Positions 18,562-28,629 of a stretch of DNA of 63,050 bases are shown here, in pieces. Location: IMG/VR virus record IMGVR_UViG_3300028048_001604, one strand, 5' to 3'. The notes below the pieces were generated by a model. That model was not told where the DNA came from and did not search any database. It worked only from the letters and a program-made list of their open reading frames with translations. A program made the translations under genes and the position numbers. The DNA is from an uncultured virus (IMG/VR IMGVR_UViG_3300028048_001604). Taxonomy: Duplodnaviria; Heunggongvirae; Uroviricota; Caudoviricetes. Every line of letters starts with the position of its first letter. Position 1 is the first letter of the stretch.

Positions 18562-21396
18562 CTATGAATCCTTATTCATAATTGCAACTCTACCAAAACA
18601 TTTTGTATTGAACAAATGCTTTGCATCATCTGGTGTGCAGAGCCATACAGTCTTTTTACCAAAAAACTTCTCATATTTTGCATAGTTACTGTCAAAATAC
18701 CCATCGGTTATGATGATTATTAGGCTTATCTCACGAGGTTTGTCTTTTTCTTTCTTACCCTCGATTGCTATCTCGCCTGCTAGGTATCTGAATACAGATG
18801 AAACATCAGTACCGCCCGATGCTCCTGTCTTTATTTTGGCAATATCTCTTATACTTGAAAACTCGCCTACATTACTAATAGAATCTGCCCAGTAAATCAA
18901 TTCACCTGATACTTTATAACGCTTAAATATTCCTGCGATAATACTTAAATAATAATTAAGAGTTGCATCGTCTACTGAACCTGAAATATCAACACAAACC
19001 TTAATATGACTAATATTATTACCCTTTTGACGCATTGGAACTTTGCCTGCTGCGGTAGTACCACCAGACATAAGCAGTTTATTAGGCTGTCCTACCGAAT
19101 ATGTAGACCTCTTTGTTGGAGTACATATCTTCTTAATGATAGCAGTCCAATCGAAATTGACTGCCTGTTCAAATTCAATTTCACGCTGGCAAGATTTACC
19201 ATAACCCCAAGCCTTTGAACCAACTGCAATTTTAGTACTATCAAGCTGTCTTTTTACCCTAATATCGGTTGCTTGACGAGTAGCCTCTTCTCTTGATTCA
19301 GTAAGTACATCCTTGGTAAGTTCTTTGCCTGCATGGTTAGACATAACATCTACCGGTATTCTTGTTGTAACCTTTTTACCATTAAATACAACTGTTACGT
19401 CTTGCATTTGAGTAGAATTATCAAAACCGTCATCTCCGAAAGAAGTTTTACCCTCTCCTACATTTTGAGAGTCACTGTTTGCAAACGGGTCTGACTGCTC
19501 TTGATTACCCTGTTGCTGACTCTGACTACCTTGATTCTGATTTTGACTACCCTGAGATTGGCTTTGATTACTTTGAGTCTGATTACTCTGTTGCTGACCT
19601 TGAGTACCCTGTGATTGCCCTTTCATACCAACGCTATCTTCGAGCAAAGACATACTATTATTCGCACGATTGATAGCTGACTGCATACTTTTAGCATTTG
19701 AATTACCCTGAGATTGAGCCTCGTTTTGAGCGTTCTGCATAGCATCCAAACCGCTACGCATCTTATTTAATCCGCTTTGAATCTGGTTACGATTATTGCT
19801 GTTTAAGCCATCTAGTACTTCCTGAGTACCTTGATTTACTTGTGCCTGAGCAGATTTTGCTGACTGACTGCCGCAAGATTTACAAGCTCTAGAAGATTGA
19901 CTTTGTGTAGAGTTTGCAGAGCTTTCTGCCTGTAGTTTATCTATAACCTGCTTACCCTCTACTGTAGACATATTACCCTGACTTTGAGAGCCATTCTGTC
20001 CTGACTGACCTTGAGACAGCGGAGAATTTGAGTTACCATGACCACTGCCTGATGAGGAGCTACCCTGACCTGAGGAGCTCTGTCCTGACTGATTTTGACT
20101 GCCCTGAGAACTTGAACTACCCTGACCTTGTCCTTGGCTTGAAGAACCCTGATTCTGCCCTGCTTGACTACTGCCTGATTGATTTTGTCCTGACTGACTC
20201 TGACCTGCGGAAGAACTTGAACTACCCTGCTGGGAATTTTGACCTTGCGAACTTGCCTGCTGACTAGGGGATGCTGTCTGTGCATTGTTAAACTGTGCTC
20301 CATTAGGGTTTTCTTTCATTAATGCTCTATAAATGGTCTCGGCACTATCAATTTTAGAGTCGATAGACTTACCAAACATAGCCTGAAATACACCAAAATT
20401 CGGGGCTTTAATTACACCTTTATCGACAGATACCTCTGGCTTACCCCAATAGCAACCAAACTCCTCTTCAATAGTAGAGTTTATATATAAATCAGTTGCT
20501 ATATTCCACAAAGTATGGTTCTCTTTATTTAAGCCTCTGGTAGGGTGCTTTAATGCAATATGATTCATTTCGTGTATCAGAATAAATGTTAATTCTGCTA
20601 TTGATATTGAAGATACAAAATCAATATCATAAACCATCTTATTTTCTGTTACACCTAGAGTACCAAAACCGTGAACAGGAATAATTTCAATCGTCTCCAA
20701 CATAGAATAATAATAAGGTGCAACCTCTAACAGATTTTTCTTTGCCTTATACATTTTTGTATCAGCGTTCTGATAGGTTTGTAAACCTTTAATTTTACTA
20801 AATGCCTGAGCGACAAAACCTGGAGTCTTGTCGGGTCCATACCCGTTAAAACAAGATTTCTTGTCTGCAAAGCCTGAACTACCCTTTGTCATCACGATGT
20901 TCTTCTCTAGTTTTAGTACCTGAGAAGTGAATGGAATACCCTTAGATATGGGTTGTAGTACACCATTTACCAAGCCTAAGGTATAGTTGGCTTGAATAAT
21001 ATGTTTAGATATGGACTGCAAATCTTTTGTCTTTAGATTGCTCTGTATACCACAAGCATCGAATACAACTGCACCTAATACATCATTAGTCTTATCGCTA
21101 GTAAGTAAGGTCGCTACTGTATACCCATGTTTGGATAGTACTTTGCCATTTATATCTATGATAGGATAATCTGCAAGTCTACCCTGAGTGCCTACTAGAT
21201 TGCCATTATTATCAAACTTAGCGTTAACAAAAATATCTTCATTTCTAGCCTTCTGATAGGCAATCTTGATAGCTTTTAGATGTATGTTCCTTGCAATACC
21301 CGAATTGGCTTGCGTACTAACCTCTATGGCTCGATACCCACAAAGGTCTTGGTTGTTATCGTATATTTGCGATACAATTAAATACTTTGTACCCAT
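18562..21396 (-). CDS. Metallopeptidase-like (HExxH, DUF2201-type) plus vWA domain protein with long Q/S/G linker
   Basis: ILIHEMNH, WNIATDLYIN; MIDAS DISGS...GGTD...ITDG. Confidence 0.85.
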   Translation of the reverse strand: MGTKYLIVSQIYDNNQDLCGYRAIEVSTQANSGIARNIHLKAIKIAYQKARNEDIFVNAKFDNNGNLVGTQGRLADYPIIDINGKVLSKHGYTVATLLTSDKTNDVLGAVVFDACGIQSNLKTKDLQSISKHIIQANYTLGLVNGVLQPISKGIPFTSQVLKLEKNIVMTKGSSGFADKKSCFNGYGPDKTPGFVAQAFSKIKGLQTYQNADTKMYKAKKNLLEVAPYYYSMLETIEIIPVHGFGTLGVTENKMVYDIDFVSSISIAELTFILIHEMNHIALKHPTRGLNKENHTLWNIATDLYINSTIEEEFGCYWGKPEVSVDKGVIKAPNFGVFQAMFGKSIDSKIDSAETIYRALMKENPNGAQFNNAQTASPSQQASSQGQNSQQGSSSSSAGQSQSGQNQSGSSQAGQNQGSSSQGQGQGSSSSQGSQNQSGQSSSGQGSSSSGSGHGNSNSPLSQGQSGQNGSQSQGNMSTVEGKQVIDKLQAESSANSTQSQSSRACKSCGSQSAKSAQAQVNQGTQEVLDGLNSNNRNQIQSGLNKMRSGLDAMQNAQNEAQSQGNSNAKSMQSAINRANNSMSLLEDSVGMKGQSQGTQGQQQSNQTQSNQSQSQGSQNQNQGSQSQQQGNQEQSDPFANSDSQNVGEGKTSFGDDGFDNSTQMQDVTVVFNGKKVTTRIPVDVMSNHAGKELTKDVLTESREEATRQATDIRVKRQLDSTKIAVGSKAWGYGKSCQREIEFEQAVNFDWTAIIKKICTPTKRSTYSVGQPNKLLMSGGTTAAGKVPMRQKGNNISHIKVCVDISGSVDDATLNYYLSIIAGIFKRYKVSGELIYWADSISNVGEFSSIRDIAKIKTGASGGTDVSSVFRYLAGEIAIEGKKEKDKPREISLIIIITDGYFDSNYAKYEKFFGKKTVWLCTPDDAKHLFNTKCFGRVAIMNKDS
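19480..20290. repeat. Low-complexity Gln/Ser/Gly/Asn coding tract
   Basis: SQGQNSQQGSSSSSAGQSQSGQ... and QSQGTQGQQQSNQ... degenerate repeats in the vWA gene. Confidence 0.75.
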
Positions 21397-21439
21397 CGCA
21401 CTACCTCCTATGTTTATTATAGAATCAAGTCAAAAAAAT

Positions 21440-21493
21440 TGCGTATTACTGCAAGAATAACTTGAAAATTAAGTATTCTTTTAGTAATACGCA
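21440..21493 (-). terminator. Long hairpin/terminator
   Basis: TGCGTATTACT...AGTAATACGCA inverted repeat with inner AAGAATA/TATTCTT stem, followed by a T-run on the minus strand. Confidence 0.6.
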
Positions 21494-21552
21494 TTAGTAT
21501 AGCATATAAATAATCAATATGCTAAAAATGTTTGAACTGAATGGCTTCCAGC

Positions 21553-21717
21553 TTACTTTTTACTTGATTTAATCAAAGACTGAAGTGATGCAATAAGTGT
21601 ATTTATATCTGATGCTACTGTAAGTTCTTCTACTGTAGCAACGTCATCGTCTGGCATACTGTCAACAGTATACTTCAGAGTACTCTGCAACTGCTTTAAA
21701 TCTTTAATATTATACAT
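21553..21717 (-). CDS. Small hypothetical protein (54 aa), not in ORF track
   Basis: MYNIKDLKQLQSTLKYTVDSMPDDDVATVEELTVASDINTLIASLQSLIKSSKK; AAGGAG RBS, start overlaps upstream stop. Confidence 0.65.
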   Translation of the reverse strand: MYNIKDLKQLQSTLKYTVDSMPDDDVATVEELTVASDINTLIASLQSLIKSSKK

Positions 21718-22900
21718 TACTTAACTCCTTCTTCAACTCAATAATATTTGCCTTTGTAAATGCTCTACCCGATTTGTGCATATACTGTAGATACCCTAAC
21801 TTTTCATTGAACTGTTTAATAAGTATATCTGCCTGCACAAAATTAGGTGCAGCTCTTTTACTTACAAATGCCTTAATAAACGATTCATCTAATGAATCAA
21901 AATTTGAACTGATGTACTTGAATACATCTGGTTCATACCCTATATCAGTACCCTTACCTAAGGCAGTACTGATGGTTGCACCAACGGGTAACGGTGTATC
22001 AATTATATACAAGGCTAAAAGTCTGTCAAGGTTTACCGAATAAGTGGTAGAACTATGATTCATCTTGACTACCTTCTTACCCTCTTGACGTACACGCAAT
22101 GCTCCTGATAATAACTTCAAACTGCGTGGGTCTTGAGTATACTCCTTCTTATCTCGTTGTTCTATATTCTGCAACATGAAATTATCGTCTGAGTAACGCT
22201 TGATAATATCATAAAGGTCACAAGCATATAAATCACACCCTTGATAGTATGACTTGATAAATTCTGTACCTGCTGAACCACAGAACGATGTGACACCGCC
22301 TTTTGAAGATATGCATACTGCTATACACAAATTGTTTAACAAGGCTGACAAAACATTACGAATATCTCGTGTATCTACCCTAATTAGGGCTCCTGTACTA
22401 GATACCCTGGACATAGAAGAAATAGCCTCTTCCACATTACTAGGTATGAGCTTTTCTACCATATATTTGCGTAGGTATTCAGAATATGCTGGGCTACCTA
22501 AACCAAACTGCTCTGCTAGATTTTTAGAAGTAGCTTTGTAGTCTCTTGCAAAAGAATTTTTACGTGCTAACTCATAAAAATAAGCATCGTCATACTTTTT
22601 CAGAATCTCGCCTAACATAAGGCGACTGTCCTCTAAAGCAGAAACTGCCGTTACGGAAATCAATTCCTTATGCTTAGGCTGAAGTGGGTCTGGGTTTTGC
22701 ATAAAGTTATTCTGCTTTATACTTTTAGTTGTATGTACTATCGTAGGGTTATACCCTGTATCTGTAAAGCCTACTATTACAAGGTTAGGGTTAGCCTTAC
22801 ATAAACGTGCCAGTCTTTTGATTGTATATTTTTCAGAAATACCATCTTTTGTGTCTGTTACATTTACAGTAGTGTTTGTTACCCTTGAAATGAAGTACAT
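21710..22900 (-). CDS. Hypothetical protein with N-terminal D(S/T)KDG domain
   Basis: VNVTDTKDGISEKYT...LVIVG; 396 aa. Confidence 0.75.
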   Translation of the reverse strand: MYFISRVTNTTVNVTDTKDGISEKYTIKRLARLCKANPNLVIVGFTDTGYNPTIVHTTKSIKQNNFMQNPDPLQPKHKELISVTAVSALEDSRLMLGEILKKYDDAYFYELARKNSFARDYKATSKNLAEQFGLGSPAYSEYLRKYMVEKLIPSNVEEAISSMSRVSSTGALIRVDTRDIRNVLSALLNNLCIAVCISSKGGVTSFCGSAGTEFIKSYYQGCDLYACDLYDIIKRYSDDNFMLQNIEQRDKKEYTQDPRSLKLLSGALRVRQEGKKVVKMNHSSTTYSVNLDRLLALYIIDTPLPVGATISTALGKGTDIGYEPDVFKYISSNFDSLDESFIKAFVSKRAAPNFVQADILIKQFNEKLGYLQYMHKSGRAFTKANIIELKKELSNV

Positions 22901-22924
22901 AATTTATAAATCCTTTTCTTTTTG

Positions 22925-23185
22925 CTAGAGCTTATATGCTCCATACCTTTTTGCTATCTTCTGACATACTGTAGCTCTATGGGCACGAAAATTATCCTCT
23001 AAAAATTTGTTTGCTCTTATAGTCTCTAATTCTTTTTTATAAACTTCGTGTGCCAGTGAAAATTTATCACAATAATCATGGCATTTGCCACAGCCATTAG
23101 TAAATTCTGCCTTAGATGTGCAAGTGTCGGAGAGATTACAGTTATTACAACGAGAAGTACAGTCTTTACACGGAGATTTAAACAT
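22925..23185 (-). CDS. Small Cys-rich protein
   Basis: PCKDC...CNNC...CGKCHDYC. Confidence 0.65.
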   Translation of the reverse strand: MFKSPCKDCTSRCNNCNLSDTCTSKAEFTNGCGKCHDYCDKFSLAHEVYKKELETIRANKFLEDNFRAHRATVCQKIAKRYGAYKL

Positions 23186-23432
23186 TTTTAATAAAACCCT
23201 CCCCGTCTATTACCCTAATATATCTATCTGTATCTTCTTTGCTACCAACTATTTCCAACGAAACTGGTTCTGTTAGAACAAGACTGAGAATACCCATGAT
23301 TGACTTTGCGTCTACGCTATATTTACCCTGAGATGCACTTACATCAAGTTCTTCAAAACCCTCAGTATGCTTTACAAATAGACTTGCTGCTTCGATTGTT
23401 TTCAACAGAATTGTTACCTTTACCATAGCCAA
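23178..23432 (-). CDS. HPr-family protein lacking the His15 phosphocarrier site
   Basis: VDAKSIMGILSL (Ser46 motif); no GLHARP motif. Confidence 0.85.
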   Translation of the reverse strand: MAMVKVTILLKTIEAASLFVKHTEGFEELDVSASQGKYSVDAKSIMGILSLVLTEPVSLEIVGSKEDTDRYIRVIDGEGFIKNV

Positions 23433-23446
23433 AATACTCCTTCTAA

Positions 23447-23767
23447 CTAGTTCATTTCTTTGTCAAGGTCTGCTGCATGAGTCAAAATAGCCTCAGCAGT
23501 AGACTCATTGCCTGTATATTCAACTAGAAAATCATAAGCCTCAATACCAGATTCACTAGTCTTATACATCTGCTTTGCCATAGCCTTTTCGTCTATATCT
23601 TCACCCTCAATATCTTCGGTAGCACGAATGATATTGTAACTCAGATGGTTTTCACTGCAATACCCTTCGACCGATGTGATTGGTTTACCATAAGACTTTA
23701 GCGTAAAAAATGTTAGTACTAAAAGAACTACAACTGCACTAATTGGAAATACTATCTTCCTACACAT
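23447..23767 (-). CDS. Membrane-anchored hypothetical protein
   Basis: N-terminal TM, GGAGGT RBS. Confidence 0.7.
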   Translation of the reverse strand: MCRKIVFPISAVVVLLVLTFFTLKSYGKPITSVEGYCSENHLSYNIIRATEDIEGEDIDEKAMAKQMYKTSESGIEAYDFLVEYTGNESTAEAILTHAADLDKEMN

Positions 23768-23809
23768 AATACTACCTCCTCAAAAACAAGACCTTTTTAT
23801 ATTATAACT

Positions 23810-23838
23810 ATTATAACATATAATTTACTGAATGTCAA
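23810..23838 (-). promoter_or_regulatory. Sigma-A promoter TTGACA-17-TATAAT
   Basis: Minus strand TTGACAttcagtaaattataTGtTATAAT. Confidence 0.85.
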
Positions 23839-23938
23839 GATATAACTTGAAATTTTATAAAAATCTGCAAGATTTTTTATTGCATCTGCATTGTATAAAA
23901 TGTAATTCAAAATCGTGTCTTTGAAAGAGGTTTTAGTC

Positions 23939-24505
23939 TTAATGCTTTGAAATGTAGTAAATCATAATGTGGGCTGATGTTGTACCCGTTTCTTCATTTA
24001 CCATGCAATTAAATCTGCCTTCTATTGTGATAACATCATTCTTACCCAAACTTAAGGCAATATCTGCAAGTTTCGTGTAAACTCTGCCGTAAACATTATC
24101 TCTTTTACCATTAATATAGTAAGAAGTTAAGACAATACCCGTATAATTGCGTTCAGGTGGGCAAGGCTTGCGTACATCTGCTATAACAATAGCATTATTA
24201 GAGTTTACAACATTTATACTTGTTTTATACCCTACTGCCTGATTATATACTAGAGCCTCATTTTCTGATACCCTTGTTGCAGTACCCAAAACAAAAGTCT
24301 TTGTTGTACCATCATGCTTATGTGTACGAATTGCACCTTCTACTAGTGCATAATCGCCTACATTAAGATTTGGCTTATCTACTGTATTAACTAATACCCT
24401 GTCTACTCGGTTTTTGTTACGCATTGAATCTATGATAAATTCATACCCAAAACCTGTATTTTTAATAATGCTACTAACTTTTCCTGTGAGTTTAATATTA
24501 AACAT
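23939..24505 (-). CDS. SSB-like protein with tandem OB folds
   Basis: Two repeats of the OB pattern: IKLTGKV...VGDYALVEGAIRT and LGKNDVITIEGRF. Confidence 0.6.
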   Translation of the reverse strand: MFNIKLTGKVSSIIKNTGFGYEFIIDSMRNKNRVDRVLVNTVDKPNLNVGDYALVEGAIRTHKHDGTTKTFVLGTATRVSENEALVYNQAVGYKTSINVVNSNNAIVIADVRKPCPPERNYTGIVLTSYYINGKRDNVYGRVYTKLADIALSLGKNDVITIEGRFNCMVNEETGTTSAHIMIYYISKH

Positions 24506-25061
24506 TCTCTTTACCTCTTTGCTCGTGTCTCAATAAAATAATAAACAGAACAAGTTGTACTCCGAAACGAACTAAATTATACATATAATATGTTATACCA
24601 TGGTCTGTTAAATTTGTGATAACTACACCATCTATATCGTGCTTACTGAATGTACCAAACATTCTTGAATCTGAAGAATGGTTACGATTGTCACCCATAA
24701 GCCAATAAGTACCCTTTGGTATTACAGTCTTTGAAACATAACTATCAAATGGTTCTTTGATATAGTCCTCAGAAATTACCTTATTGTTTACCTTGACCTT
24801 AGAACCACTTATCTCTATGGAGTCAGTACCAACTGCTATTACACGTTTAATAAGGTCTTCTTTCAAACTATCAGATTCGGCTATAACTATATCGCCTGCC
24901 TTAGGTTTGAGCAATCTGCATACAACTATGCTATCTCCGTCATGGAAAGTATTTTCCATAGACTGACCTTCAACTTCGGCTGGATAAAATATAAAGTTTG
25001 AAACAATAAATATGAGTAATAAGCAAATTATTAAAATATCTACTGCCTTACCCTTACGCAT
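24498..25061 (-). CDS. lepB: Signal peptidase I (S26)
   Basis: VEGQSMENT (Ser), LIKRVIA (Lys), MGDNRNHSSDSR; TM anchors. Confidence 0.93.
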   Translation of the reverse strand: MRKGKAVDILIICLLLIFIVSNFIFYPAEVEGQSMENTFHDGDSIVVCRLLKPKAGDIVIAESDSLKEDLIKRVIAVGTDSIEISGSKVKVNNKVISEDYIKEPFDSYVSKTVIPKGTYWLMGDNRNHSSDSRMFGTFSKHDIDGVVITNLTDHGITYYMYNLVRFGVQLVLFIILLRHEQRGKENV

Positions 25062-25066
25062 ATACC

Positions 25067-27871
25067 CTAATCCTCCTTATACTTGGATTCGTCTAATGGA
25101 GTTGAATCGTTACTGTTTGGTGTGTTAGATGGTACAGGTGGTAAAGAATTGCACCTTGTAACTGCATTATCGTATTTATCCTTGTAAGAGTTATACTCTG
25201 TATAATCTTTTAACTGCTCAACTGCTACCCTAGCATCCTCTAGTAGTAAAGATGTGCCTGTACCACTATACTGCCGTGTACTTAACATATTAAGATACCA
25301 ATCTGCACGAGCTATTCTAGACTGCTTTAATTCTTCGCCTGCCTTAGCCTTTGAATCATCTGCATCAGCCTGAGCCTGTGCGGTAGCCTTATCAATGTTA
25401 GCCTTATCTTGTTCATCTATGAGTGTTTTCCAATCGGAATCAACTGTGGCTTTTAGCTCCGCATATCTATCCTTTACACTCTTTCTGAGGTCTGGTAATG
25501 TGTATTCATCTTCTAGAACATCAAATGCAGAGATAACTTTATTATATGTACTATCTAGATTTTTAGCATCCTCTACATTTTCAATCTTATAAGATAGAAA
25601 ATCTTCGCCTAATTTCTTGGCTTCGTCTGCAAATTTACCCTGCTCTACTGCTTTGGTTTTTGAAGTAAGTTTTTCGGCATTAAGACTGGAATACCATTCA
25701 GTACCGTTTGCTCTACATTCATACCAAGTCTTGCTACCCTTATCTATTGGCTTATCTTCGCCTGCGTACTCATTACCCGACCAATCACGAAGTGATACAG
25801 AATCTGGCTTGGTGAAATCAGTACCGTCTTTATTTTTATCAACAGATGTCATAAAATCATTCCAAATCTGGGCTGGTAATGCACTACCTGACATACCATT
25901 CATAGATTTAGGTGTATCATAGCCTACCCAAACAGTACAAGTGTATGCTGGAGTAAAACCTGAAAACCAAGCGTCTTTATTTGAGTTTGTTGTACCTGTT
26001 TTAGCTGCTGCGATAAGACCATTGTCTGCATACTTATGTGCAGTACCATAACCTTCTAGAAATGTGCCTCTCATCATATCAGTTAACTCAAAAGCTGTAT
26101 CGGCAGTATATACTTGTTTAGATTTATCACTCGTATTAGAAAGTGCATAAATCAAACCATCAGTATCATTCTCTACCCTTTTTAGACAAGTGGTCTCAGT
26201 ATATACCCCATGCATGGCGATTGTTGCATACCCTTTAGCAAGGTCTACGAGTGTTACACCTCTTGTAAAGCCTCCTAAACAAAGAGTAGCTGATACATTA
26301 TCTGCTGAGTCTAATGTAGTAAAGTGCATATTGTTTAGATAATTAATCGACTCGGCATACCCTGTATCTCTATAAATCTGAAAGGCTACTGTATTTTTAC
26401 TTCGTGCTAGAGCCTCTCTACATGACATATCCCCTGCAAAAGAACCATCTGCATTTTCAGGACTATAACTTGAAGTATCATTTTCATCTACATAAACTTT
26501 CTTATCAGTATATATAGTAGATGGTGCTATTGTACCCTCGTTTAAGCCTGCACCATATACAATTAAAGGCTTGATTGTTGAGCCTGGCTGTCTTACTGCT
26601 AAAAATCCTCTATTGAATTGGTCATTTGCACCTCTACCACCAACCATCGCAACTACTGTGCCATTTGTATTATCAATAACTACCCCTGAGGACTGCAGAG
26701 CAAACTTACCATTTTCCTGAACTTCTGTAAAGCCTGCACTATCAGTATCAACTACATTTTGAAGTTTATTCTGCAAGTCTTGGTCGAAAGTAGTTTGAAT
26801 GGTGTACCCACCACTTCTTATCAAGGTAGAATACTTATTATATTCCTTTTCATACATAGCTCTGTATGACTTGCGAGCGTCTTCATTTTCAAATACGTAC
26901 TTAAACTTAAAACCATTTGTCTCCATAAGTTTTAATGTGATACAATGAATAGCATAGCTTACCATATAATTATCACTAGTCTGACTACCCTCAGAGATTG
27001 CTAGATTAAGTTCTTCTTTTACTGCACTCTTATAAGTATTTTCGTCTATATACCCTTGTTTATACATGGCTTTTAGAACTATGTTTCTACGCTTTATAGC
27101 CAAGTCTTTATCTGCTATCGGGTTATATTTGTTTGGAGAGTTTGATACCCCTGCAAGCAAGGCACTCTCTGCGACAGTTAAATCAGTATTAGGTTTACTA
27201 AAGTAAAACTGAGATGCGGTTTCGATACCATAGCAGTTATTACCATAATAACAAGTATTTACATAAAACTCCATGATTTTTGCTTTATCATACTTGTTTT
27301 CTATTTTAGGTGCAAGCATAAGCTCTATAATTTTACGCTTAAATGAACGTTCTGATGTGAGCAAATTGTTTTTGATAACCTGCTGTGTGATAGTGGAACC
27401 ACCTTGTGTAATCTCGCCCTTATGTCTTATTAAACTAAAACCTGCACGAGTCATAGCCTTTAAATCAAAGCCACAATGGGTATAAAAGTTTTTATCCTCT
27501 ATTGCGACATAGGCGTTCTGTACATTTTTATTTACGTCTGTGATGCCTACATACTTGTAGTCGCCTGAGTTGATACTACCTAATTCGTTGCCGTCTTTAT
27601 CTAGAACTACCGTGTTTCCATGCATACGGAAATCAGAGTCCTTTAGATTAGATAACTTATCATAGGTTGTATAAGCAAGTTCATTATATAAAGGTCTCAC
27701 ACTTGCAAAGAGCAGGATACCCGTAATAACTATTGCACTTAATACTATTACTATGGTCTCCAAGATAGCATTTATAGATTTGGCTATCCACCGAATCAAA
27801 GTTAGTATAAAAGTACCAAATTTCGCAAGACATTTTAATACCTTATTTAGAATCGGCTTTATCTTTACCAT
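25067..27871 (-). CDS. Class A penicillin-binding protein (transglycosylase plus transpeptidase)
   Basis: EDKNFYTH.GFD, GGSTITQQ, RKIIE; transpeptidase STIK, SKN, KTGT motifs. Start moved to ATG 27871 (GGAGGAGG RBS). Confidence 0.93.
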   Translation of the reverse strand: MVKIKPILNKVLKCLAKFGTFILTLIRWIAKSINAILETIVIVLSAIVITGILLFASVRPLYNELAYTTYDKLSNLKDSDFRMHGNTVVLDKDGNELGSINSGDYKYVGITDVNKNVQNAYVAIEDKNFYTHCGFDLKAMTRAGFSLIRHKGEITQGGSTITQQVIKNNLLTSERSFKRKIIELMLAPKIENKYDKAKIMEFYVNTCYYGNNCYGIETASQFYFSKPNTDLTVAESALLAGVSNSPNKYNPIADKDLAIKRRNIVLKAMYKQGYIDENTYKSAVKEELNLAISEGSQTSDNYMVSYAIHCITLKLMETNGFKFKYVFENEDARKSYRAMYEKEYNKYSTLIRSGGYTIQTTFDQDLQNKLQNVVDTDSAGFTEVQENGKFALQSSGVVIDNTNGTVVAMVGGRGANDQFNRGFLAVRQPGSTIKPLIVYGAGLNEGTIAPSTIYTDKKVYVDENDTSSYSPENADGSFAGDMSCREALARSKNTVAFQIYRDTGYAESINYLNNMHFTTLDSADNVSATLCLGGFTRGVTLVDLAKGYATIAMHGVYTETTCLKRVENDTDGLIYALSNTSDKSKQVYTADTAFELTDMMRGTFLEGYGTAHKYADNGLIAAAKTGTTNSNKDAWFSGFTPAYTCTVWVGYDTPKSMNGMSGSALPAQIWNDFMTSVDKNKDGTDFTKPDSVSLRDWSGNEYAGEDKPIDKGSKTWYECRANGTEWYSSLNAEKLTSKTKAVEQGKFADEAKKLGEDFLSYKIENVEDAKNLDSTYNKVISAFDVLEDEYTLPDLRKSVKDRYAELKATVDSDWKTLIDEQDKANIDKATAQAQADADDSKAKAGEELKQSRIARADWYLNMLSTRQYSGTGTSLLLEDARVAVEQLKDYTEYNSYKDKYDNAVTRCNSLPPVPSNTPNSNDSTPLDESKYKED

Positions 27872-28292
27872 CTTTAATCCTCCTCCTAAACACATAAATA
27901 ATATCTCCAAAAACTAATAGTTCTAGTACGATTAAAATAATGCTTGCCTTATGTTGATATATAGGAGTAGTAACGAGAATATCGTGTGGGCAGTACTTAT
28001 TTACCCTTATAGATGTAATTTCTGTTTTGATGCCCAAACGCTCTGGCACTACTACTTCCGTTCTATAAAAATTACCCTTGTATCTATACTTTATTGTATA
28101 TTTTGGAAACTTCATAAATACAGGGTCTTTTGAACAAGTGTACTTCTCTACCTTTACCTTTGCATAGTCTCTGCCATTAAATACTAAAGACAAATTACTT
28201 ATATTACATATTAAAATAAACTGCAATAGCAAAATAAAAAGCACTACGAGTGGTAGTGCTTTTAACTTCTTCTTTCTTCTAAAGTGTCTCAT
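27843..28292 (-). CDS. Membrane protein (2 TM, DUF3592-like layout)
   Basis: TM, beta-rich domain, TM; start moved to MRHFRR (GAGGT RBS). Confidence 0.65.
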   Translation of the reverse strand: MRHFRRKKKLKALPLVVLFILLLQFILICNISNLSLVFNGRDYAKVKVEKYTCSKDPVFMKFPKYTIKYRYKGNFYRTEVVVPERLGIKTEITSIRVNKYCPHDILVTTPIYQHKASIILIVLELLVFGDIIYVFRRRIKDGKDKADSK

Positions 28293-28621
28293 TACACATA
28301 CCTCAAAAAATAAATTAATACAATTACAAAAACAAATTCTAAAATTCCAATTACCCATATCTTTGAGTACGTTGTCAATACCCTAAACAATGAGTAGTTA
28401 TTACAACCTTTTGGTATAGTAGTTAATACCAAGTATATTGAAAGTATAACTGTTATCACGGATAACCAAAGTCCAATAGTAACACTAGTTAGGGTTACTA
28501 GTGCAAACTCGGTAAAAATAATGTGCATTATCAAACCAAAAATAAACTTATTAAAGGTTTTTACATCTGGAAATCGTTTATATTCCTCAACATACAACTT
28601 CCGTAAATCAACGTAATTCAT
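28292..28621 (-). CDS. Membrane protein (3 TM)
   Basis: Hydrophobic 109 aa, GGAGG RBS. Confidence 0.7.
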   Translation of the reverse strand: MNYVDLRKLYVEEYKRFPDVKTFNKFIFGLIMHIIFTEFALVTLTSVTIGLWLSVITVILSIYLVLTTIPKGCNNYSLFRVLTTYSKIWVIGILEFVFVIVLIYFLRYV

Positions 28622-28629
28622 TCTGCCTC

